Origin: an uncultured Clostridia bacterium
Lineage (GTDB): Bacteria > Bacillota > Clostridia > Christensenellales > Borkfalkiaceae
Assembly: GCA_947589235.1 (NCBI GenBank)
Contig: CANQAX010000002.1
Span: forward strand, 9,054-73,053
Reading direction: 5' to 3'
Length of the DNA: 64,000 nt
A program made the translations under genes and the position numbers. Shown here one piece after another: positions 1-6,571 of the stretch (position 1 is its first letter; each line of letters begins with the position of its first letter). The notes below the pieces were generated by a model, which saw only the letters and a list, made by a program, of their open reading frames with translations, was not told the DNA's origin and made no database searches.

Positions 1-241
1 TGATTTCGGCGATTGCGTCTTTGAGTTGTTTTATGTACGCCTCCTTTACAGTATTCCCATGTACGGGAATCGGTATTTTTTTGTGAGTTTGAGAATGTCG
101 AATCGCTACCCCGTGCCCACCGTTTCCTGTTACCTTTTCAAAACCGAAATGCTTTGCGATCAAAAAGAATTCGTCAAACGTAAAATCGTTCGGAATGGGG
201 ATGCGAAAAAACTTATCAATCAATTTTTGCGTAGTAGACAA
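1..241 (-). CDS. HicA-like type II toxin (YcfA/HicA mRNA interferase family), 3' end runs off the window
   Basis: Hand translation of the minus strand from TTG at 241, with a GGAGGAG RBS at 247-253: MSTTQKLIDKFFRIPIPNDFTFDEFFLIAKHFGFEKVTGNGGHGVAIRHSQTHKKIPIPVHGNTVKEAYIKQLKDAIAEI... The G-G-H ... IPxH ... L pattern fits HicA toxins. It is absent from the ORF track because no stop lies in the window. Confidence 0.5.
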   Translation of the reverse strand, partial: MSTTQKLIDKFFRIPIPNDFTFDEFFLIAKHFGFEKVTGNGGHGVAIRHSQTHKKIPIPVHGNTVKEAYIKQLKDAIAEI

Positions 242-364
242 ATTTTCTCCTCCCTATTGGTATCATATACGGTATTACTTATTATATGCTTTTTTATTCG
301 GGTGTCAAGCAATTTTTAGTAATTTTTATGTGAATTGCTTCAAAGATCCGTTTTTGATTATTGA

Positions 365-889
365 AAATTTATTACGAACAGGAACGGAATAGCTTTTGAT
401 GTCAACCCCGCTGCTGTTGAGCTGACAAAAAAGAAATGTGCATTTGAATGCGACAGCGCCTCCACGATACAAATAAAGCAAGGCGACGCGCGGAACCTTG
501 ACTTGCCCGATAAATCGGTGGATTTGATTTGTACTCACCCACCGTATGCCGATATTATCCATTACAGCGAGGACATCGATGGCGATCTCTCGCTCCTTCC
601 AATGAAACCATTCCTGTCCGAAATGGGGAAAGTCGCAGGTGAAAGCTATCGCGTTCTGAAGAAGGACAAGTTCTGCGCCGTCCTCATGGGCGATACCCGT
701 AAAAACGGAATGGTTCAGCCACTCGCCTTTGAAGTCATGCGGCTTTTCGAGCTCGCAGGCTTTAAGACGAAGGAGATCATCATCAAAGAACAGCACAACT
801 GCAAAACAACAGGATATTGGAAAACGAACAGCATTAAGTTCAATTTCCTGTTACTTGCGCATGAGTACTTGTTTGTATTTAAGAAATAA
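365..889 (+). pseudogene. 5'-truncated SAM-dependent DNA (N6-adenine/N4-cytosine type) methyltransferase remnant
   Basis: The open frame after the stop at 362-364 reads ...NGIAFDVNPAAVELTKKK...GDARNLDLPDKSVDLICTHPPYADIIHYSEDIDGDLS... This carries the (D/N/S)PPY catalytic motif IV. The SAM-binding motif I is missing, and only a DPF... trace survives in another frame (ORF 195..392 ends KDPFLIIENLLRTGTE*). No plausible full-length start exists. Confidence 0.55.
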
Positions 890-941
890 AGCAAACATAC
901 CAAAGATATAATTCTATTTTACGGATAAACTAATTGACCAA

Positions 942-977
942 ACAGAGAAGTCGAGAGATTTGCTCTCGACTTCTCTG
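942..977. terminator. Bidirectional stem-loop between the methyltransferase remnant and the flavoprotein gene
   Basis: ACAGAGAAGTCGAGAG-attt-GCTCTCGACTTCTCTGT is a perfect long stem followed by TTTGA. The T-tract is short on both strands. Confidence 0.5.
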
Positions 978-1071
978 TTTGACTCGCCTAAAGGTGTATT
1001 CCGAAAAAAATTTTTGATTCCCCATGGAATACGCCTCTCCGGGGCGGGTCGTTTTTTTATCGGGTGAAATT

Positions 1072-1692
1072 TTATCGGATGAAATTCGTCGAGATCCTTC
1101 GCTCGGGGGCGGGGTATCCGATCCCCTTCTCCCTTCCCGCGGCGATGCACTTCAAGAGCCACGCCGCATTGCGCGCGAGGGTGCGCATGGTCTGGAGCCC
1201 CTCGCCGTCCCGCTTGACCTCTTCGGGCGTGTTCCCATGCACCTGATTCCAATACTGCGACGAGACGACGGGCATGCCCGATATCGTAAAGTACTTGTTG
1301 AGACGGTCGAACGCGGCGGTTGCGCCCCCGCGGCGGCAGCTGACGACCGCCGCCCCGATCTTCCCCGCCATCCGACCGCCGGCGGCGTAGAAGAGTCTGT
1401 CGAGAAAGGCGGTGAGCTGTCCGCTCGGACCCGCGTAGTACACGGGCGAGCCGACGATCATGCCGTCAAACTCATCGAGACGGGAAACGATCTCGTTGAC
1501 GCCGTCCGAAAAGGCGCATTTTCCCGCCGCATGGCACGCCCCGCAGGCGATACACCCCGCAACGGGCTTGTTTCCGATCCAAAAGGTCTCGCTCTCGACG
1601 CCCTCCTCGCGGAGGGTGCGGGCAACTTCGTCGAGCGCGGTCGCGGTGCAGCCCCTCTCATGCGGGCTTCCGTTGAGAAGAAGTAGTTTCAT
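1072..1692 (-). CDS. Flavodoxin-like fold NAD(P)H-dependent FMN reductase / iron-sulfur flavoprotein family
   Basis: ORF 1072..1833 trimmed to the ATG at 1692 (GGAGGAC RBS upstream). The protein reads MKLLLLNGSPHERGCTATALDEV...GSPVYYAGPSGQLTAFLDR..., typical of the NADPH-dependent FMN reductase family. Confidence 0.85.
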   Translation of the reverse strand: MKLLLLNGSPHERGCTATALDEVARTLREEGVESETFWIGNKPVAGCIACGACHAAGKCAFSDGVNEIVSRLDEFDGMIVGSPVYYAGPSGQLTAFLDRLFYAAGGRMAGKIGAAVVSCRRGGATAAFDRLNKYFTISGMPVVSSQYWNQVHGNTPEEVKRDGEGLQTMRTLARNAAWLLKCIAAGREKGIGYPAPERRISTNFIR

Positions 1693-1741
1693 TTTGTCCT
1701 CCATGTCGCTGTTTTCGTACCCCATTTCGGCAAAACGGGCA

Positions 1742-2584
1742 TTACACCCCCCGCTGATGGAAGTAGCGGAGATAGGATTTTCTGCAATACTTGCACACCT
1801 CGTCGTCGGTGGCGGGCTCGGCGGAGAAGGCATACTTCCCGTTCACGCGCCAACCGTTGAGGAGGGAGATCTTCAAGGCGTCCTCGGGGCAGGAAAACGC
1901 GCACGCCATGCACCCGACGCACGACTTGCCGAACTTCGGCTTGCCGTCCTCCATGCGGATATTCCCCTGCGGGCAGAGCTTCGCGCAGGCGCCGCACCCG
2001 ATACATTTTTCCGTCGGCTTGAACCGGTGCCCCAAGTGCGGCATGGCGGTGTGCTCGATGCGGAGAGCGAACGAGCCCATGCGCTTGAGGGGACCGATCC
2101 TCTTCCTTGCGCCGCCGAGCGAGAGCATCTCCTCGGCATCGGAAGGAAAAGCCGTTTCCGCCGCCTTCCACATGCGCGCCGCCATCCCCTCCGAGTGGCG
2201 GAAGATGATGTTATAGGGCATGACGTAGCGGTACTCGCCGATGACGGCGTAACCCCTCTTTTTCAAGATGCGGCGGGGGGAGACGGCGGACGCGTCGTTC
2301 ATGGCGAGCGGCTCGCCCGACGTGCGAACGAGATAGGCGGGGCGCTTTCCCTTCTCCTTGGGGAGGGATTTCAAAAATTTCAGGACAGACGCGGGCGCGT
2401 TGAACGCGTGGACGGGATATCCCACCACGAAGAGATCGTACGCGCGGGCGTCGGGATAGACGGAATCGGCGCGGATGGGCACGACGTCCGCCTCATGCCC
2501 GCGGGCGCGGAAGAGCTCCGCAAGGGCGGAACAGACGCGCGCCGTGTTGCCCGTTCCCGAGAACACCGCAAAGAGCGCCTTCAT
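1742..2584 (-). CDS. Flavodoxin-like domain fused to a 2x[4Fe-4S] ferredoxin domain (EFR1-type ferredoxin)
   Basis: The N-terminus MKALFAVFSGTGNTARV is flavodoxin-like. The C-terminus carries CIGCGACAKLCP and CVGCMACAFSCP cluster motifs. An ATGA start/stop overlap with the upstream gene at 2581-2584 indicates an operon. Confidence 0.8.
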   Translation of the reverse strand: MKALFAVFSGTGNTARVCSALAELFRARGHEADVVPIRADSVYPDARAYDLFVVGYPVHAFNAPASVLKFLKSLPKEKGKRPAYLVRTSGEPLAMNDASAVSPRRILKKRGYAVIGEYRYVMPYNIIFRHSEGMAARMWKAAETAFPSDAEEMLSLGGARKRIGPLKRMGSFALRIEHTAMPHLGHRFKPTEKCIGCGACAKLCPQGNIRMEDGKPKFGKSCVGCMACAFSCPEDALKISLLNGWRVNGKYAFSAEPATDDEVCKYCRKSYLRYFHQRGV

Positions 2585-4113
2585 TTCTCCCTCCTTGCCG
2601 TCGCGTTGCCCTCTTCGTCGAATCCGTAGAGGTAGCGCTCCTCTTTCCCGTGTGAATCATACCAGACCTGCGCGTAGAAGGGCATCTTCTCCGCGAGAAG
2701 GTCGAACCGCCACGGCGCGGGCATGCAGAAGGGGCACCAGTGCCCGCCCTTCAGAACGGTGTAGGGGCTCGCCTCGAAGGTGTGCCCCTCGCAGCACCGC
2801 CATGTGAGCTTGCGGTAGACGTCCCCCTTCTCCATCTCCTCGCTCAAAAGCTCTCCGCCGCGGAAGGCAGCGGCGCCCCGCATGTCCTCCGTATCCCACT
2901 CGGAGAGCGGCTTGCTCTCGTCGTAGCCGTGATCGAGAAGGCGGGCGTTCTCCCTGTCGCGCATGGCGTCATAGTCGCCGAAGTCCCCCTTCGCGATGAG
3001 CTTGACGCCCTCCCATCTGTCGGGGAGCGCCTTCGCCGCCTCCATGCTGCCGAAGGTCGCGATGACCCTCGCCTCGTCGCCGTTCTTTACCCAGCGGTAG
3101 GGAGAATTGGGGTGATTGCGGAGCCTGCGGAAGAGAAAGAGGTCGATGAGCCCGCGGGGGACGAACTTCCCGAGCGCATACAGCTTGTGCGCCCGCCCGA
3201 TCTCCTTCCAATATTCGTGCACGTCGTCGCGCTGATAGGAGAAGAGCTCCTCGAGCTCGCCCCCGTCGTAAAACCAGAGCCCGTGGAAGTTGCGCGTCGC
3301 GAGCCACTTGGGACGGAAGAACTTTTCCGCCGAGCCGCCGATGATGCCGAACCCGTCCTTGAAGGTGTCGTAGCCCGTCTCCATGCCCTTCTTCCCCGCG
3401 CCGATGTTGTAGATCTTCTTCCAGAATCCGGGGACCTCGCCCTTCCCGTCGCGCTCGAGAATGCGGCGGATGAGATACCCGCTGTCCCGCGAGGAGACCC
3501 ACTCGAGGGGCGCGTTGAGGGCGGTGTGGAACATGAGCCCGTCCGAGATGTTGTCGTGCATCATGTTGGGGTGGAGCATCGCCGTCTGCCGCAGAACCGC
3601 CCAGCAGTCGAGCTCCGCGTCGAGGCAATACCGCTCGCCGTACAGCTTGTCCATGGCATAGTGGTCGAAGGGACTGACGAGGAGAGGGTCCCCCACCCGC
3701 CCGAAGGGGTGCTTCTCGTTGCGGTTGCCGTACAGCGCGACGGTGGAGATGTGAATGTATTTGGGCTGCGGGGACTGCGCCTTCACGGCGTTGACGATGC
3801 ACATCGCGCCCTCGCGGTTGCATTTCTCGCTCGCCTCGGGGCTCGCGTCCGAGCGGGGCGGAATGACCGCCGCCATGTGCACGACGTAGTCCGTTCCCGC
3901 GACGAGCCGTTCGCACGCGACGGGGTCATGGAGCCAGCCGCGCACGATTTGGATCTTCTCCCCGTACGCCTTCCGAAGCCGCTTGGCGAGCTTGTTGTTC
4001 TTCTTTTTCGGCGTGAGCAGGACGCGGATCCACTCCACTTCCCGCAGGGTCATGCTCTGCGCGAGCGCTTCCCTGCCCATATTCCCGCTGACGCCCGTCA
4101 TGGCGATCTTCAT
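2581..4113 (-). CDS. NAD-dependent epimerase/dehydratase (extended SDR) family protein with a long C-terminal extension
   Basis: MKIAMTGVSGNMGRE is a Rossmann GxxGxxG-type N-terminus. VVHMAAV and ...Y..DKLYGER are SDR-like motifs. The protein is 510 aa, with a GAGGGT RBS before the ATG at 4113. Confidence 0.8.
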   Translation of the reverse strand: MKIAMTGVSGNMGREALAQSMTLREVEWIRVLLTPKKKNNKLAKRLRKAYGEKIQIVRGWLHDPVACERLVAGTDYVVHMAAVIPPRSDASPEASEKCNREGAMCIVNAVKAQSPQPKYIHISTVALYGNRNEKHPFGRVGDPLLVSPFDHYAMDKLYGERYCLDAELDCWAVLRQTAMLHPNMMHDNISDGLMFHTALNAPLEWVSSRDSGYLIRRILERDGKGEVPGFWKKIYNIGAGKKGMETGYDTFKDGFGIIGGSAEKFFRPKWLATRNFHGLWFYDGGELEELFSYQRDDVHEYWKEIGRAHKLYALGKFVPRGLIDLFLFRRLRNHPNSPYRWVKNGDEARVIATFGSMEAAKALPDRWEGVKLIAKGDFGDYDAMRDRENARLLDHGYDESKPLSEWDTEDMRGAAAFRGGELLSEEMEKGDVYRKLTWRCCEGHTFEASPYTVLKGGHWCPFCMPAPWRFDLLAEKMPFYAQVWYDSHGKEERYLYGFDEEGNATARREK

Positions 4114-4144
4114 TTGTTACCCTCGTAGAACTTTTAACTGTTTT

Positions 4145-4173
4145 AGTATAGTACAATCCGCGCGGCTTGTCAA
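4145..4173 (-). promoter_or_regulatory. SigA-type promoter of the SDR/ferredoxin/flavoprotein operon
   Basis: Minus strand: TTGACA (4173-4168), 17-nt spacer, TATACT (4150-4145). This lies about 30 nt upstream of the ATG at 4113. Confidence 0.6.
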
Positions 4174-4227
4174 ACGCTGTAATGTTTTTCGGTGACATTT
4201 TCACGATTTTTTTCGGAAAAAATCTCC

Positions 4228-4242
4228 GCCCCCGCCGATTGG
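4228..4242. repeat. Left copy of the 15-bp direct repeat GCCCCCGCCGATTGG flanking the AT-rich islet
   Basis: Identical 15-mer at 4228-4242 and 6544-6558. On the minus strand the left copy is followed by GGAGATTTTTTCC. Confidence 0.85.
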
Positions 4243-4401
4243 GCGGTGTTCGTGTGGATTCGGAATCGAACGGCTTGGCAATTGTATAGACCGCTTTTTT
4301 TTGCAACAAAAGCGGGCAAAATTTCTCTTTGAGGGGAAACAGGATAAGGATTGTGGGCATTCCTGCCCCGGTCGCCCCTTAACAGGCGGGAAACCCGCTC
4401 A

Positions 4402-4530
4402 TTATTTCTTTTTCGTCGAGTTCTTCTTTTTCGCATAGTACGCGGCAATTGCCGCTTTTTGTTTTTTCCGCGCCTCCGGAGTTTTGGCTTTTACATAGCT
4501 ACTTCTCTTTTTTTCTTTATTGAAGAACAT
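4402..4530 (-). CDS. Possible 42-aa highly basic peptide
   Basis: The ATG at 4530 overlaps the end of the 4517..5287 gene. The peptide reads MFFNKEKKRSSYVKAKTPEARKKQKAAIAAYYAKKKNSTKKK*. A small hairpin GCGGGaaaCCCGC (4386-4398) follows. There is no clear RBS, so this is speculative. Confidence 0.25.
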   Translation of the reverse strand: MFFNKEKKRSSYVKAKTPEARKKQKAAIAAYYAKKKNSTKKK

Positions 4531-5287
4531 TCTGTTCGCCCTCCATGCTTACAACTGCTTCAAAGTCGCATTCGTCACAGTAAGCCTGCAATCGCTCTAT
4601 TAGTCTTTCACTCGGCTTGAATTTTTGTTTTATGAAATAGACATCCTGCATATCGTACAGCGGTGTTGCCGCGATCTTACATTCGTTGATATCATAAAAT
4701 ACGCAGTAATTTCCGAGGTCTGTCCAATATCCGTAAAAATAATCAAACGCGAATACTTTGTGTCGCTCATTTGTTTCTTTGCTTCGGAAATATAATATCC
4801 GATATTTACAGCAAGCAGTAGAAAAAATATCCAGTTCCCTGTCGAATATCAACGCTTCCCTTTTGTATAACGGAAGCATACTATATTCATTCAGCAATCC
4901 GCGGATATATACGGATACCTCTTGTGCCGTTATCATGGTCTCCGACGTTTCTATTTCATCAAAGACGGAAATGTTTTCTTTTGAAGGACGGATCCAAATG
5001 GATTCTTCCAGTTTTTCCAGATCCTCATCGTTGAAATACACCCTGTCAATGACGGTGTTTACGGCGTTATAGATATTTTCACTGTCTGTCCGATTGTATT
5101 CGGTCTTTAATATTTTTTCGATTTGGTTGCGTCGTTCTTTGCGCACTTCCACGAGCGTGGGAATGAGCTTATTCAAAAGCCCATTCTTATTTGACTTTCC
5201 GTTTTTTGTAAATTCACAGCGCAGCGCGTCGATTTCCAAAATGTTCGCCACAAAGGACGAAACCTTCACTTTGATTTTGTCTTTCAT
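4517..5287 (-). CDS. Hypothetical protein, possibly a WYL-like ligand-sensing regulator
   Basis: ORF 4517..5317 trimmed to the ATG at 5287 (GGAG RBS 8 nt upstream). It uses AT-rich codons. The C-terminal stretch YRILYFRSKETNERHKVFAFDYFYGYWTDLGNYCVFYDINECKIAATPLYDMQDVY loosely follows the WYL-domain beta pattern. No family could be assigned confidently. Confidence 0.7.
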   Translation of the reverse strand: MKDKIKVKVSSFVANILEIDALRCEFTKNGKSNKNGLLNKLIPTLVEVRKERRNQIEKILKTEYNRTDSENIYNAVNTVIDRVYFNDEDLEKLEESIWIRPSKENISVFDEIETSETMITAQEVSVYIRGLLNEYSMLPLYKREALIFDRELDIFSTACCKYRILYFRSKETNERHKVFAFDYFYGYWTDLGNYCVFYDINECKIAATPLYDMQDVYFIKQKFKPSERLIERLQAYCDECDFEAVVSMEGEQNVLQ

Positions 5288-5308
5288 TCGGTAACTCCTA
5301 TCATTCAC

Positions 5309-5337
5309 ATTATACAAACTGTCTACCCATATATCAA
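5309..5337 (-). promoter_or_regulatory. Consensus promoter for the 4517..5287 gene
   Basis: Minus strand: TTGATA (5337-5332), 17 nt, TATAAT (5314-5309). The spacer contains the repeated box GGTAGACA (TGTCTACC on the plus strand). Confidence 0.6.
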
Positions 5338-5402
5338 GAAAATATAGATAAATCGTAAATATTGTCTACCATAAAACCCGAAATACGGCAGACGGAATTT
5401 TG

Positions 5403-5431
5403 TTGAAGTGCAAGTATTTTTTTGCTATAAT
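5403..5431 (+). promoter_or_regulatory. Consensus promoter for the 5491..6485 three-gene operon
   Basis: TTGAAG (5403-5408), 17 nt, TATAAT (5426-5431). Confidence 0.6.
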
Positions 5432-5490
5432 GAAAATGTAAGCGGAGCAAGGCGCCCCTCTGCTTGACAAAATTTAAGGAAGGTATTAAA

Positions 5491-5865
5491 ATGAGTATAG
5501 TTGGTTTTTTGCTTAAGCCAAAAAAAGAAATGGCGAAAAAAAATACGAAGTATGTAAGGGTCGGTAAATACCATCTGACTTCCCATGCGCAGAACCGGAT
5601 TGTTCAAAAGGAAAGAGCAATGGACAAGATCGATGTTTTGGACAATCTGTTTACAAAACCAAACGCCATTACGCAAGTGAAATACAATAAAAACGGCAAA
5701 CCCTCATATGATCGTGTGGGCAAGAGAATTACGACAAGTATAAATCCAACAAACAACAATGTTGCGACTTGCCGACCTGTAAGTAAAAAAGAAATGAAAC
5801 AATTCGGCTTGACCGATATCGGGAAAAAAGGAGGAAAAAGGAAATATGTTAAGCGAAAGTCTTAA
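5491..5865 (+). CDS. Hypothetical basic protein, weak DUF4258 / BECR-fold RNase-toxin-like pattern
   Basis: ATG at 5491 after an AAGGAAGG RBS. The protein reads MSIVGFLLKPKKEMAKKNTKYVRVGKYHLTSHAQNRIVQKERAMDKIDVLDNLF...YDRVGKRITTSINPTNNNVATCRPVS... and ends in a lysine-rich tail. The H..HA..R ... D.L ... T.I.P...V.T pattern resembles DUF4258-type toxins, from memory only. Confidence 0.7.
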   Translation: MSIVGFLLKPKKEMAKKNTKYVRVGKYHLTSHAQNRIVQKERAMDKIDVLDNLFTKPNAITQVKYNKNGKPSYDRVGKRITTSINPTNNNVATCRPVSKKEMKQFGLTDIGKKGGKRKYVKRKS

Positions 5866-6121
5866 AAGCAGATTTACGCCGAGAGCAAAAGAGGAAGCCA
5901 AAAAACTTTTATCCGAAATGAAGATAGCGGAGTTGAACGACGACAACCTCTATGAGGTCGAAGTCGAGCTTGACACAAGGGTAAGCGGATTGGTCACGAT
6001 GAATGAATGTGAACATCAACCGATAGATCATGAGCTTTTGGACATCTACGATACACTGACGGATATTATTCTTGAGCACGAAGAAGAGATAAATTTCCTG
6101 AACAAGTTGTTTTTGGAATAA
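5846..6121 (+). CDS. Hypothetical small acidic protein
   Basis: Strong RBS AAAGGAGGAAAAAGGAAAT before the ATG at 5846. It overlaps the previous gene by 20 nt. The protein is 91 aa and rich in D/E (…NDDNLYEVEVELD…EHEEEINFLNKLFLE). Confidence 0.7.
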   Translation: MLSESLKSRFTPRAKEEAKKLLSEMKIAELNDDNLYEVEVELDTRVSGLVTMNECEHQPIDHELLDIYDTLTDIILEHEEEINFLNKLFLE

Positions 6122-6164
6122 AAGAAAAAGGGAATGGGGCGGCAAAAAAATTTCGGAGGAAATT

Positions 6165-6485
6165 ATGAAAAAAAGAAATAAAAAGACAGAACAAGAAGCG
6201 CCGCTCTTTTGCGTCAGTGAAGAAGCAATTGATTTTATTCGCACATACATCCTTCCCGTTAAACATATCGACTTTATAGACGAGGATATATTTTATGATA
6301 TTTTTGAAATTGCGGAAAGCTGGGAACTCGATATGATCGACGAAGACGGATTTGACAAAACAGATGATCCGTTTATAGAACGGGATACAATGGGAATGAA
6401 TTTCGTCTCTGAAATATCGGGGCAAGACGCCGAGCCGGATCTCGACGACCTGAACCGCCGTTTGGGATTGCGCAAAACAAATTAA
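6165..6485 (+). CDS. Hypothetical small acidic protein
   Basis: RBS GGAGGAAATT before the ATG at 6165. The protein is 106 aa and very acidic (…IDEDIFYDIFEIAESWELDMIDEDGFDKTDDPFIE…AEPDLDDL…). Confidence 0.7.
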   Translation: MKKRNKKTEQEAPLFCVSEEAIDFIRTYILPVKHIDFIDEDIFYDIFEIAESWELDMIDEDGFDKTDDPFIERDTMGMNFVSEISGQDAEPDLDDLNRRLGLRKTN

Positions 6486-6543
6486 ACAACCGGGCAAGAG
6501 CGTGTCCCGATTAAACCCTTGTCTTTATGATTCCCCATGGAAT

Positions 6544-6565
6544 GCCCCCGCCGATTGGCGGGGGC
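6544..6565. terminator. Perfect hairpin GCCCCCGCC-gatt-GGCGGGGGC; includes the right copy of the 15-bp direct repeat
   Basis: On the plus strand it is followed by AATTTTTCATTTCTTTT, which terminates the islet operon. On the minus strand it begins 6 nt after the tex stop but lacks a U-tract. Confidence 0.7.
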
Positions 6566-6571
6566 AATTTT

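Larger units (their letters stand above)
4243..6543. mobile_element. AT-rich integrated islet (no recombinase gene) carrying 4-5 small genes
   Basis: Sharp compositional drop: 35% GC at 4741-4800 versus 70% at 6601-6660 by hand count. The islet is bracketed by a 15-bp direct repeat. Removing it rebuilds a canonical tex terminator. Confidence 0.55.
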
